A stretch of 63,988 nt of DNA, filler included, from Octopus bimaculoides (taxonomy: Eukaryota), in NCBI RefSeq assembly GCF_001194135.2. It is 5 parts of 4 records of this genome, joined end to end, with 100 filler letters (N's around TTAATTAATTAA, not from the genome) between each part and the next. Parts side by side here need not be neighbours in the genome. Positions count along the whole stretch, not along the records: positions 1 to 18,499 come from NC_068983.1; positions 18,600 to 40,502 come from NC_068983.1; 3 more parts are not named here. The stretch is one strand, 5' to 3'. Positions 11,940 to 25,143 of the stretch are shown here, piece after piece. A program made the position numbers and the translations under genes. Numbering within the stretch: the stretch's first letter is position 1; every line of letters starts with the position of its first letter. Under the pieces are notes generated by a model. The model ran no database searches. It was not told where the DNA came from and was given only the letters and a program-made list of their open reading frames with translations.

Positions 11940-13809
11940 ATGAATGACTGCGAAAATATGCTCAATCGCAGCGCATTGCTGCAAAATGCTATCAATAGAC
12001 GAAACTCCTTACATGATGGCAGTTGTGTCAAATTTCCATATGGACAACGAGATTTGGACAGTTCAATTACCTCTAACAGCATTGTCAACAGTACCACTAT
12101 TGGCAACGGTAACAACGTTGAAGACGCTTGCACCGATAGCAACGACAGCGTTAGCGTCGTTAGCAACACTAGTGAATTGGACAACGCTGTCAACGGTATC
12201 AACGGCAACGTAAACACGGCTAGCAACAGTAGCGACATTAGTAAAGAACTCTCAAATTGCGAGCCACTTCAGATGGTGCCCTTCTCAACACACCCCGATG
12301 CCATCAGTGCCAAAAAGCCCCTCTGTCGTTTGGACTATTCAGTTCGAAACACTGCCATAGGCTCGCTACCTAGGTGTAATTCAGACCTGTGGACTTTGCA
12401 AGAACAAGACGAAAGCGATAAAGAAAATGATGGTGATGACGACGACGATGCTGATGATGATGATGAAAATAATGATAATGGTGATTCTGATTACGATAAT
12501 AAAGATGTGGTAGGGAATGGAATATGGTGGGTGCTGAAAAATAAGAAAGAAAACAACCGTTTAGATGATGTGAAGGGAAGCGAGACGGAGACAGCAAGAG
12601 AGAGAAATAGAAGAGGAGATGATGATGTTTGTGTCGAGAGGGAAAAGAAAAATAGCGAGAAAGAAAAGAACAACAGCAGTAGTGGTGACGAGAAAAGCGG
12701 CGGGGAAAGCATAACGAAAGAGGAAAGTAAAGCAGGTTGGCAAGAGGATGGGGAGAAGAGAAGGAAGTGGGAGGCTATACGTGAAGTGAAGGGAGAAGGG
12801 GAAGCGGAGGAGAAAAAGAAGGAGGAAGAGCAAGAGGCGTTGACACCGAATTGTTATTCTTCAAATGAATATGAATTCGAGACAGCGAGTGAGGGAATAG
12901 GTTTGCTGGAAGTTAAGGTCGAAAAACAGTTGTGCGGTGCTACTGTTCATCGTCCCACAATGTTACGTTTGACTACAACCGCGTCAGGCCATGATTCGGC
13001 ACCTACAACTGTAACTTGGTCAGATACTTGTCGAAACCAATCGGACACCAAGAGACTGGGAAATAACTTGAAGAAAATCAAAGAAACAACTGCAATGCCT
13101 CAACGACTTGAAACGGAATTCAGCACAGAGAATCACTGTGGCGAAAATGTACCTTTAGTTGACACGGTTACATCCCAGCAGCGAGTTAACGACCCAGCAC
13201 TGGCGGCGCTTCCATCACCGTTGCTACCATGTCCGCCCTCGCCAGCACTGCCTCTTGCAACCCTTTCTTCACCTGCTCCCTCAATTCCTCCGCATTCTAA
13301 TCATCCCAAACATCCTCATCATCATCAGAATTGTCTTCAACAACAGCAAAACCACAATCAACACCAACAGTCCCATGCTCACTTTTTTCTTACATCTGAA
13401 GCTAACCTAACGGTCTCCACAAAACCAGTTCCATCATGTGGCAACAATTCCCCCGTTTCTACAGTTTCTGCCTCTTCTACTTCGTCTTCTTCTTCTTCTT
13501 CTTCTTCACCTCCTTCTCCTTCTTGTCCTTCTTCTCCTCAAACGACGCACTCTTCTGTCGACCAAGAAGGCAAAACCACAAAAGAAGGGGACCCTTTCCA
13601 TACGGAAGTTCTTGATTCAAACCCTGATTACCCAACAACAGGCCATTCCATCAATGATATCATCAAGATGTCCCTTGAGGATTATGTGGTACTAAAAGAC
13701 GAAGAGAACAGACGTCTCTCCGTCGACGTGTTACCCACAGCTAACAACAAACCAAGGCAGAGTTACTCTAAGATGGTCTTACAGAACATTCTCAATGGAA
13801 CAGAAAATG
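11940..13809 (+). CDS. Large coding exon of an uncharacterised low-complexity protein (623 codons + 1 nt; gene incomplete)
   Basis: Stop-free frame of mostly non-repetitive sequence; acc ATG start context; donor AATG|GTAAGC at 13809/13810 (phase 1); acceptors at 11769 and 11924. The track ORF's extension to 14183 is intron read-through into (AG)n. Confidence 0.8.
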
Positions 13810-14057
13810 GTAAGCAAAATCTTTTTGTTGATATGTTCTTTTGTTTGTGTGTTTGTTTTTTGGGGTGTTTTTTTAATTTTTTTTTTTTTTACAATTATCT
13901 TCAAAACATTCTAATGGCAATGTATATATGTTCCTGCATGTCTGTCTACCTATATGTCTATGCAAGCGTCGCATATGTGTACGTGTGTGCGAGTGTGCAT
14001 ACGCCTGTATATTGGGTACACTGGTGTGTATATTTTTCTGGGTTTGTGTGTGAGAGA

Positions 14058-14067
14058 CAGAGGGAGA

Positions 14068-14164
<97 letters not shown>
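14058..14164. repeat. (GA)n microsatellite
   Basis: Direct observation. Confidence 0.98.
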
Positions 14165-14166
<2 letters not shown>

Positions 14167-16009
14167 CCAAGTATGTAATATAATAAAATAAATCCGGCCG
14201 TAGTCCGGATGAACTGCGTCAATTTAATGATAGAACATACAAATCCCGAGAAAAGCAGAAGACAACAAAACAACGGGCAAGAATATAAAATACATAATTA
14301 CATTGAGAAAATCACAGAGAAGACTATAGGCATGTAAATCTGTAGTAATTAATGGTTATCTATATCAGGATTACTTTGAATATCGGGGCTATATGAGTTT
14401 TATTCGGCAGCAATGCACATCTATATCTGGACATGTCTGTATGTGTAATGTACGTATAGGTATGCCTTGTTTCAACAGATATGTTAGCATGTATCTATGC
14501 ATCATGTGTATGCGTGTGTGCTCTCAGCGCGTGCCTTTGTATTTGAGGGCTTACATCATGTGTATATACGTCTACTTACAAATCGCAACCAGGCTCCTTT
14601 GTTTTTCCGTTTTTTGACATCAATAAAATAAGCACCAGCCAATAAAACTATAGAATAAGCACAAAGTTCCAATGCACTGGAATGCACTCTAAAAGGCGGT
14701 ACCCTGATTAGGCCTTAGTTCTATTACTTAAATGAGTTTTTTAAAATAATAGAATTTGTGTTTGAATATTTACACCCGTATCTCTGCATATGTGAGGGCG
14801 CGAACCCATCTCGTGTATCTGCATGTATGTTTTAAATATGTACTTTCCCCCCATTCTTTGTGTGTATGAGAGTATCTATATATCTTCGTTTATGCGTATA
14901 TGTCTGTTGAAATATGTTTGTGTGTAAGCATATATCATGTATAGTAGATCTTAGAATATCATAAATATTTGAATTATTTGAACACGTGCTTCAACGTATT
15001 TATTACATATAATATACACACATATATACACACATATATACATACACGTATATATTATCTGTCTCCTCTTTCTCTTTCTTAATATATGTGTGTATGTGTG
15101 CGTATGTATGAATGTATGTATATACATACATATATACATACACACACACACGCTGTTTCTTTCTTTCTCAATAAGTGAGTGTGTTTGTGTGTATATACAT
15201 AAACACACGCATACACATACGTGCACGCACATACATGTTCTCCTTATGTGAATGTGTGTGTGTGTGCGCGCGCACGTGTGTGTGTGCTTATATTATGTGT
15301 GTACTTGTATTTTTAATCCTGTGACCTGTTTTTATGTACATATTCAAACATAGAACATTAAGAAATATAAATATATGTGAGTATATGTGTGTATGCGTGT
15401 GTGCGTGTGTGTGTGTGTGTGTGCGTGCGTGTGTGTGTGTATACATAAAGAGAGGGAAGAGCGGGAGGAAACTGGAGAGGAGTACATATATGTATAAGCC
15501 TTCCCTGCACAAATTCAAGCATGGGTACACATATTGTAAAGCGCCAGACTAAATGCTTCGCCAGTGAACATAAGTACCCGTCACAGCCAATAATACCCAT
15601 TGGCAGCTATCTTTTTGGCCTTCACCTGTATCTGGCTTTTGTCATTGACCTACGGCCATGCAGAAGCGCTGCCTTCGAAGACCTCGAAAGGAAGACTGGT
15701 GAAGACGACTTGGACGTAAAGGGAGGTAACCAGATCGTAAAGGAGCCCGATTCTGCCATTTCTCACAGAGAAAAAGGGTTCTGATTCGAAGCTGTGGTAG
15801 AAGATACTTGCTCAGGGTGCCGCGCTGCTAGATCGAACTTTAAAACACACAGTTCGAGCTAATTAACGACAAAACTATGTGTGTGTATGCCTTTGTGTAT
15901 ATCATGTATGTATTTATGTATGTATGTATGTGCGTGTGTGTATGTATGTGCGTTTGTGTATGTATACTTGTAGGTATGTATGCATCAATGTGTATGTGTG
16001 CATTTTATA

Positions 16010-16305
16010 AGCCTTGTGGGTGGATTTGGTAGACGGAAACTGAAAGAAGCCTGTCGTATATATGTATATATATATATGTATGCGTGTGTATATGTTTGCG
16101 TGTCTGTGTTTGTCCCCCCAACATCTCTTGACAACCGATGCTGGTGTGTTTACGTTCCCGTAACTTAGCGGTTTGGCCTAAGAGACCGATAGAATAAGTA
16201 CTAGGCTTCCAAAGAATAAGTCCTGGGGTCGATTTGCTCGACTAAAGGTGGTGCTCCAGCATGGCCACAGTCAAATGACTGAAACAAGTAAAAGAGTAAA
16301 AGAGT
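16010..16305 (+). mobile_element. SINE family B (middle and 3' part)
   Basis: aagccttgtgggtggatttggtagacgg...gactgaaacaagtaaaagag. Confidence 0.85.
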
Positions 16306-16336
16306 ATATATGTGTGTGCATGTATAAGTAGCTTAC

Positions 16337-16451
16337 CTTTCAACGATTTAGTTGACCAATTATACATGGACTCTTCCTTTTGCTCATCAGTATAAAGATA
16401 TTGCACGAAATTAGATTGAATTTTTCCATTTTCGCTGGACATTGATACCAT
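16337..16451 (-). CDS. Candidate first coding exon of an antisense gene (MVSMSSENGKIQSNFVQYLYTDEQKEESMYNWSTKSLK)
   Basis: ATG preceded by an in-frame stop and A-rich leader; donor AAG|GTAAGC at 16337/16336; no downstream exon identified. Confidence 0.25.
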
Positions 16452-16717
16452 TTACTGCTTTCCGTTTTCTTTTGGTCTGTTTTTCCGATCTATTTAATCC
16501 AGTAGTTTTTTTTTATGTTGTAATTGTTCCTTCCTACTGTTTCTTCTTAGTCCATAGTTCGTTTTTCTATCAGTTCAGATTGTGATCATAGTTTCAACAA
16601 AACAGGGATTTTGACAGTTGGTTATTTAGGTCATATACTAAATATATCATGCATACATACACACGTATATGTTAAATGCATGTTGCGTGTGTATATACAT
16701 GTATATATTCATGCATA

Positions 16718-16719
16718 TG

Positions 16720-16779
<60 letters not shown>

Positions 16780-16780
16780 G
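16718..16780. repeat. (GATA)n microsatellite
   Basis: Direct observation. Confidence 0.95.
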
Positions 16781-17020
16781 TGATAAATTGAATATTAATT
16801 CAATTTAAAACCAAGTGGCTTAGCATATAAAAAAAATCTGAAAATTCAGAAAAAATTGTATTATGCGTGCATGTGTGTGTGAATACAAACACTCATGCGC
16901 ACACTTACACATATTCATATGTGTGTGTAATGTATATGTGCGTATATGTGTTTGTTTGCTTTATGGGCGTGTACGTACATGCATGTGTGTATATGTTCGT
17001 GCGTGCAAGCGTGTATGCGT

Positions 17021-17070
<50 letters not shown>

Positions 17071-18074
17071 ATTTCACAGTGCATGCCCATATGTTTTGGT
17101 GTCTTTCTCTAAATATCTTTCTCTATTCCCTTGTGTTTCTTTGAGGACCTATTGCTTCTCCAAACAAATTTATGTGTACGAACCGGCTTTTTAGTATGTT
17201 GTGTGAAAGTATGTAGGTATATATGTATTAAAATATGTGTGTATATACAGCTGAAAGAGACTAAGACAGAAAAAAGAGAAAGGGAAGGCGGATCAAGAGA
17301 AAGAGAGAGGTGGGAGAATGAGGGTGTGTGAATTTGTTTTGTGAAATATGTGGCGATAAGCAAAAACAAAAAAATGTCCCATAAGCCAGACTGCTTAATA
17401 CTCAGGGAGGAGGCAGAGTTTCGGTGTTGTTGTCACTCATTACCTCTTACTCTCACCCCCATTCATTCATTCCTTCTCTCGTTTACTTACAAAACATACA
17501 TTCTACTTATCTGTCTGTCTATCTTGTTCTGTATCTCCTGTTTTCTCTGAAAATAACAGAAAGAAGAGAGGGAGGAAAAAACATGACAGACCGCTGTTCT
17601 AGCATTGTTTTATGGCACCAAAGAACATAGACTGTTTCAATTACAAGCGGTATTAAAAACTATAATTCTTGGTAGCAGCTGTAGTGGTGGTAGCGGCGGC
17701 TTCAGTGGTGGTAGTGGTGGTAGTAGTGATGATGGTCCAGGCGAAGTGGATCAGAATATTTTGGAAGTAGTTTTATATTATAAAACTAAAGTAAGATAAA
17801 ATGTAAATAGTAAAACATAGAAAAGAGGAAATGATTATAAAACACATCACAGAAGGACAGAATGGGTTAAGCGGAGCAGGTGGACACACGTGGACGAAAA
17901 GGGTCGCTGAAGAGCTGATAAAATTAGATAGATAGATAGATAGACAGATGGATAGATAGGTAGATATAATATAATATAAGGATAAACTCTTTATAAGAAT
18001 TTATCAAGTAGTCAGCGTGAAAAAACCTCATAAGAAAAAAGACCCATCGTTTTTTTCCATAAACATATATAATA

Positions 18075-18499
18075 CTAGCAGAAATACCCGGCTTTGCCCG
18101 GGTTAAATAGAATAATGAAATCTAAAAACGCCGTCTAGACTACGCAACCCTCAACTGTTAGTAGCTACGATACCATATTTCTACATTAATAACTCTCCAA
18201 TCCATGCCAGCATGGAACATAGACATTAAGTGGAATGCCAGTCTCTCATCTAGGAGGGCCTTGAAATCAATGTTACCAACTGGGGACTATGTGTGTCGCA
18301 GTGATAATAAAAAGACCCAAAGGTGGTCTGCAACGAAATAATTTTACTCAACACTTTGCAAGTGAATCAGTGGAGGCAAAGATGCGTCTCATTTACTTGA
18401 CAATTTATGCACCACATTGCAGAAATCACAATGTAAGTATATCTGAAAGGGTAGTCTTACACTGTTGTACCGTTGAATTACAAATAATGCTCATCTGTT
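18075..18499 (-). mobile_element. Non-autonomous Helitron, 3' end (truncated by gap)
   Basis: Minus-strand CTAG|T terminus with perfect hairpin ACCCGG-GCAAAG-CCGGGT (18086-18103); 18250-18499 is the reverse complement of 60420-60660. Confidence 0.75.
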
Positions 18500-18599
18500 N
18501 NNNNNNNNNNNNNNNNNNNNNNNNNNNNNNNNNNNNNNNNNNNTTAATTAATTAANNNNNNNNNNNNNNNNNNNNNNNNNNNNNNNNNNNNNNNNNNNN
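18500..18599. other. Unsized 100-bp assembly gap with TTAATTAATTAA linker (also 40503-40602, 58757-58856, 62603-62702)
   Basis: N44-TTAATTAATTAA-N44 pattern; the palindromic linker has stops in all six frames. Confidence 0.95.
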
Positions 18600-19041
18600 A
18601 AGACTATTTAAGCATTTTATCTGATCAAATTCATCCTATGATTGCAGAACTGTTTCCGGAGGGAAATACAATCTTTCAGGATGATAATGCACCAATTCAC
18701 CCAGCTAAAGTTGTTACTGAATGGCACGAGGAACATTCTAGTGAAGTTGAACATCTTATCTGGCCACTGCAGTCCCCAGATCTCAATATTATTGAACATT
18801 TATGGTGAATTTTAGAAAAATTAAGTAAGAACTCGATATTCCCCACCATCATCACTACAAGAACTGGAGACTGTTTTAGCTGAAGAATAGACAAAAATTC
18901 CTTTGGAAACAATTCAAACTTTGTACGAGTTTATACCTCGTAGAATTCAAGCTGAAATTACTGCCAAAGGCAGTTCTACCCCATATTAAAATAAATTTGT
19001 TTGAAATTTTAAGGTGTTACCATTATTTTGTCCAACCCCTG
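18600..19041 (+). mobile_element. Tc1-like DD34E transposase 3' part with right TIR
   Basis: IFQDDNAPIHPAK...WPLQSPDLNIIEHLW* motifs; ends ...tccaacccctg|TA. Confidence 0.9.
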
Positions 19042-19139
19042 TATATGTATATATATGGAAGGCGGATGTTTAATGATGATGATGATGATGATATACATAC
19101 ATAATTACATACATACATACATATATATATATATGTATG

Positions 19140-19265
19140 TAGAAACTCTGCCAAATCAGATTGGAGCCTGGTGTAGCCATCTGGTTTCACCAGTCCTCAG
19201 TTAAATTGTCCAACCCATGCTAGCATGGAATGCGGACGTTAAACGACGATGATGATGATGATGAT
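19140..19265 (+). mobile_element. RTE-derived 3' UTR/tail repeat (family E) with (GAT)n tail
   Basis: catgctagcatggaatgcggacgttaaacgacgatgatg; same as 32345-32545 and 40195-40502. Confidence 0.75.
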
Positions 19266-19759
19266 GATATATATATATATATATATATATGTACAAATGT
19301 GTCTTGGAAAGTGGGTGTAGTCATTTAAACAGACTTTCAATTAGCTTTTGGTATTCATTTAAAACAAACTTTTGTTTACTTTGAAGAAAAGCGATAAGAA
19401 CAGGACAGGTAAATTGTCAATTGAAAAAATAGGTGAGTTAATGTTAACATTTCACCTTTCCTTAACGACATTACAAATGAAATGCTCCATCATCATAGAC
19501 AGGGAGCTGTGTATTTCATTAGTATTACGGGTTACGGTTAAGAAAAAGTAGGCAGATCTATATTCAAGGACTATCCTAACTGCAACCAAAACATGCTCTT
19601 CCAGAAGAGATGTTTTGGATAAAGTTATCTGTTGAAATACATTGTATTTGTTTGAATTAATATTGAAAATAATTTAATACATCTTTGTCATTGTTAAGCT
19701 GGTATTTGGAACATAAATTAGCATGAAATTTTGATGGATGGTTATAATTTAGATCACTA

Positions 19760-20152
19760 TAAACCTTTTGTTACCATATTTCTGTTGGAACACACTGTCT
19801 TTGTTTCAATTAACTTTGAAAATAATGAAAAATTCAGTGAAATAACTCTTATTATTAAGCAGGAGTAAGAGCATTGAGCTGGCAGAACTGTTAGCACACC
19901 AGGCTAAATGCTGAGTAGAATTTTGTCCATCTTCACATTATAATTCAAGTTCCACCAAGGTCAAATTTGTCTTTCATCCTTTCCTGAAATTGATGGCTTT
20001 GTGCCAAAATTTGAAACCATTATTTAGCTGCACTTTAGAACATAAAATAATATGAAATTTTGTGACAAGATTTTAATTCAGTCACACTTGAAACAAGAAA
20101 TTTGTACCACAGACCTAAGGGTAGTTTTTAGCAGGTTGATATCAAAGGGTTA
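19760..20152. mobile_element. Degenerate piggyBac-like MITE interrupted by a family A SINE (~19860-20025)
   Basis: Ends aaccttttgttacc...gatatcaaagggtta resemble TTAA-CCC...GGG-TTAA; a similar right end occurs at ~36955. Confidence 0.4.
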
Positions 20153-23100
20153 GTGTCTGCTTCCTTTGTTTTTTAAGATTGTAGTGTGGAGTATGAGGGA
20201 AATTTTTGTGCCATTTCTAGCATATGGAGTAGATATTCTCAACAGGGATGCTGATTCCTAAAAGTAACTTCAATTAAGTATTTCTTTTCCTCAAACCCTG
20301 GGACTTTTAGGGCCAGTTACTCAATTTACATGATGTATAAGTGACTGAAATCATAGTATTCTCCCTGAACAAGACACTGGACTGTTGTAGGGTTCAATCC
20401 CAACAGTACTGAGGAGAAGGGGTCAGCCAATTACATTGCAGTAGAGATTTGAAACTGAACTACTTGATAGCCAGTCAGACATCACGACCATTTCATGTGA
20501 TCTGTCTATTAATCAACCAATCTGTGTGAAGCCATTACATGATTCAATCTTCTAGAATCTTCTCCTTGTGTCCTATAAAGGGCCAGTTTTGATGGTAATT
20601 AATGGTAGAGTGTTGAAGGCAGCTGAACGAAATGTGCCTCCACTTAGTGTTATAGGTTAGGGTTAAGAAGAAAGTTGACAGATCTATATTCAAAGACTAT
20701 CCCAACTGCAACCAGAACATCTCTTCTGCTGAGGGACATTTGCATAGACATCTCCAGGTTCTTGGACAGATTGAACTTAACATTAACACAGTATTTCATA
20801 AGTAACTTCTTTCGAAGTGGAACAGTTCTTCTTTCTCTCCCAATAGATGACCATTATCATTGTTATTTGCGAAAGACCAACACAGTTAAAACTCCATGTG
20901 AAATGATAATCTCTTGTGTTAATTGTTGGTGGGTGTTGTTCAGTTATTTCTTCATGCAGTCCAAGAAACACATTTTCATTGCTCAACTCAACCAGCCAAC
21001 AAACCAACTCATGAAAACATTGATTCCAGTATGTGGTGCTTTGTTTTATTGACCCCAAAAGGATCAAAGGCAAAGGGCTGGAAGAAATACTCCTAAGAAT
21101 TTTGTCTGACATGCTAATTATTTTGCCAGTTCACCACCTTATTAATAAGTCTTACATTTAATTAAACATCTTTTATCTTTTACTTGTTTCAGTCATTAGA
21201 CAATGGCCATGATGGGGCTAAAGGGGTTAAGGCTCTTTTAAGGCTCACTTTTCTGTCCTTTTTGTATTTTATTCTGGGTTCTGGGGATGTACTTTTGGCT
21301 TTCATTGCTGTTTGTCTTAACTTGACTTGTTTGCTTTCTGTCCCCTTTTTATCCTTTTCTGGTGAGTTGTAATGCATATGAATACAATTGGCTCATATGG
21401 CAGGGAACACAGGATCGGGATGGGTTCAGTGAAAGGGCTGAGAAGACAGGAAAGATTAGAGTTGAGAAGATGATAGAATGGGTTGCATAAAGGTTGGGGT
21501 CTAAGGCTATCCAACCTTTTTAAGGGGTGAGTATGACCAGATGTGAGAGAAAGGGGACATAAAGGGAGCAACAGACTAGTGAAGAATCCTGAGAAATTCA
21601 CTGAATGGCAATTATTTATGGAACTTTTATTGTCAAATTCTTGAAGTATTTGAATTATCTACAAGACAAGAACACAATATAATGGAAACAAAAGAATGTA
21701 GATTTGAAATCAAACAACTTTGAAATGGTATTTGAAGGTTATGTTCCAAATCATCTTCTAATATTTCATCACAAATTCTGCATTACACAGAGAAAGAGAC
21801 TGATCTGTGTAAAATGGTACCATAAAAGAAAAAAACTCCAGTTCTTCAGATGAAACGATAAACTCATCTGGTGCCACTTGAGTAAATATTTATTGGCAAC
21901 AAGAAGCAACAACTCACATTTTTCACATTCTCATTTGTAATAACAAAGATTTATTCATGAAAACTTTAGAGTGCATAATGATAAATTATTTTTATTTATT
22001 TATTTTTTTTTTGCTATCTGCGCTGCCGTTGCCATCACCATTGCTNNNNNNNNNNNNNNNNNNNNNNNNNNNNNNNNNNNNNNNNNNNNNNNNNNNNNNN
22101 NNNNNNNNNNNNNNNNNNNNNNNNNNNNNNNNNNNNNNNNNNNNNNNNNNNNNNNNNNNNNNNNNNNNNNNNNNNNNNNNNNNNNNNNNNNNNNNNNNNN
22201 NNNNNNNNNNNNNNNNNNNNNNNNNNNNNNNNNNNNNNNNNNNNNNNNNNNNNNNNNNNNNNNNNNNNNNNNNNNNNNNNNNNNNNNNNNNNNNNNNNNN
22301 NNNNNNNNNNNNNNNNNNNNNNNNNNNNNNNNNNNNNNNNNNNNNNNNNNNNNNNNNNNNNNNNNNNNNNNNNNNNNNNNNNNNNNNNNNNNNNNNNNNN
22401 NNNNNNNNNNNNNNNNNNNNNNNNNNNNNNNNNNNNNNNNNNNNNNNNNNNNNNNNNNNNNNNNNNNNNNNNNNNNNNNNNNNNNNNNNNNNNNNNNNNN
22501 NNNNNNNNNNNNNNNNNNNNNNNNNNNNNNNNNNNNNNNNNNNNNNNNNNNNNNNNNNNNNNNNNNNNNNNNNNNNNNNNNNNNNNNNNNNNNNNNNNNN
22601 NNNNNNNNNNNNNNNNNNNNNNNNNNNNNNNNNNNNNNNNNNNNNNNNNNNNNNNNNNNNNNNNNNNNNNNNNNNNNNNNNNNNNNNNNNNNNNNNNNNN
22701 NNNNNNNNNNNNNNNNNNNNNNNNNNNNNNNNNNNNNNNNNNNNNNNNNNNNNNNNNNNNNNNNNNNNNNNNNNNNNNNNNNNNNNNNNNNNNNNNNNNN
22801 NNNNNNNNNNNNNNNNNNNNNNNNNNNNNNNNNNNNNNNNNNNNNNNNNNNNNNNNNNNNNNNNNNNNNNNNNNNNNNNNNNNNNNNNNNNNNNNNNNNN
22901 NNNNNNNNNNNNNNNNNNNNNNNNNNNNNNNNNNNNNNNNNNNNNNNNNNNNNNNNNNNNNNNNNNNNNNNNNNNNNNNNNNNNNNNNNNNNNNNNNNNN
23001 NNNNNNNNNNNNNNNNNNNNNNNNNNNNNNNNNNNNNNACATCTACCCTAGTGTATATCTTTTGACTTTGTATATACATGCATGTGTGTGTGTGTGTGTG

Positions 23101-23307
23101 TGTGTGTGAATACTGTTGTGAATGAGCTGGAGAGGGATAAGTGAGGGGAGAGAGAAAGAAGAGAGAGAGAGAGAGGAGAGAGAAAAGAGAGAAGAGAGAG
23201 AGAGAGAGAGGAGAGAGAAAAGAGAGAAGAGAGAGAGAATATCTGAGTGAGGGGAACATAGGTGTGAAAGAGTGCATGTGAGGTGCAGAATGAAAGAGAC
23301 AGTAAGA

Positions 23308-23350
<43 letters not shown>

Positions 23351-23360
23351 NNNNNNNNNN

Positions 23361-23398
<38 letters not shown>

Positions 23399-23497
23399 AG
23401 AGAGATAGAGGGAGAAACAGAGAGAGAGAGAGACAGATAGACAGACAGAGGATATGTGAATGTAAAAGGAAAGAGGAGAGAATGTGTGAGAAGATAG

Positions 23498-23554
<57 letters not shown>

Positions 23555-25084
23555 GAAATGGCAAGTGCATGTGTAAAAAGAACCGAGATTAATATACAGA
23601 AGTAAGGCACGTTATGTGTGTGTGCGTGTGTGTTCATCATCATCATCGTCGTCATCATCATCGTCCTCATCATCATCATCGTCATCATCATCGTTATCCT
23701 CATTATCATCGTCCTCCTCATTATTATCGTCATCATCATCATTGCCATCTAATCCGTCTTTAGTGTGGCTTCTATAGATAGATGCCATTTCTAACATCAA
23801 CCACTTTACATTATGTGCTGAGTGCTTTCTTTCATGCCACCAGCATTAGCCAAGACAAGAAAAAAAACAATTAAATTGGAAAAAAAAAACCCCACAACTG
23901 AGTGGGNNNNNNNNNNNNNNNNNNNNNNNNNNNNNNNNNNNNNNNNNNNNNNNNNNNNNNNNNNNNNNNNNNNNNNNNNNNNNNNNNNNNNNNNNNNNNN
24001 NNNNNNNNNNNNNNNNNNNNNNNNNNNNNNNNNNNNNNNNNNNNNNNNNNNNNNNNNNNNNNNNNNNNNNNNNNNNNNNNNNNNNNNNNNNNNNNNNNNN
24101 NNNNNNNNNNNNNNNNNNNNNNNNNNNNNNNNNNNNNNNNNNNNNNNNNNNNNNNNNNNNNNNNNNNNNNNNNNNNNNNNNNNNNNNNNNNNNNNNNNNN
24201 NNNNNNNNNNNNNNNNNNNNNNNNNNNNNNNNNNNNNNNNNNNNNNNNNNNNNNNNNNNNNNNNNNNNNNNNNNNNNNNNNNNNNNNNNNNNNNNNNNNN
24301 NNNNNNNNNNNNNNNNNNNNNNNNNNNNNNNNNNNNNNNNNNNNNNNNNNNNNNNNNNNNNNNNNNNNNNNNNNNNNNNNNNNNNNNNNNNNNNNNNNNN
24401 NNNNNNNNNNNNNNNNNNNNNNNNNNNNNNNNNNNNNNNNNNNNNNNNNNNNNNNNNNNNNNNNNNNNNNNNNNNNNNNNNNNNNNNNNNNNNNNNNNNN
24501 NNNNNNNNNNNNNNNNNNNNNNNNNNNNNNNNNNNNNNNNNNNNNNNNNNNNNNNNNNNNNNNNNNNNNNNNNNNNNNNNNNNNNNNNNNNNNNNNNNNN
24601 NNNNNNNNNNNNNNNNNNNNNNNNNNNNNNNNNNNNNNCAGTTCATTCAGCTAAAAATTTTTCGAGGTTGTGCTCCAGCATGACCACAGTCTCATGGCTG
24701 AAACAAATAAAGGATAAAAGTGTGCACACACACGTACAAAGAATAGGTTGTGTGTGTGTTTGTGTGTGTGTGTGCATGTGTGTGTATGTGTGTGTGTATG
24801 TGTGTGTGTGTGTGTGAGTGTGTGTGTGTGTGTGAGTGTGTGTGTGTGTGTGTGTAGCCCAAGGTCATTATTTGGGAGTGAAAGGAAGAGTTGAGAGGCA
24901 GGTAAGATGGTGGAGGGGCCGAAAGGGGTTTGATATTTTCTAATCTTGGAATGACATTCTCTGACAACAATTTGGGACAAGCTGAACGTTTTATAAAAGA
25001 TATGTTATTGTATTGGGTGGTAAGAAAACACACCTTCTTCTCTGATCCAGATACGTGTACACAGAGACACCATTGTAGACGTTT

Positions 25085-25099
25085 GGGAGGGGACAATGG

Positions 25100-25143
<44 letters not shown>

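Noticed and set aside
13810-14183. C-terminal 124 aa of the 747-aa track ORF (F/C-rich stretch, ERERER)
   Set aside because: Lies after the GTAAGC donor; intronic T-rich sequence and (AG)n read-through
14580-14647. Minus-strand 68-nt open exon candidate following the 16337 donor
   Set aside because: The acceptor lies in a decayed family B SINE tail; no independent support
18544-18555. Recurrent palindrome TTAATTAATTAA (also 40547, 58801, 62647) as a regulatory or CRISPR-like repeat
   Set aside because: Always centred in a 44N-12-44N block; an assembler gap linker
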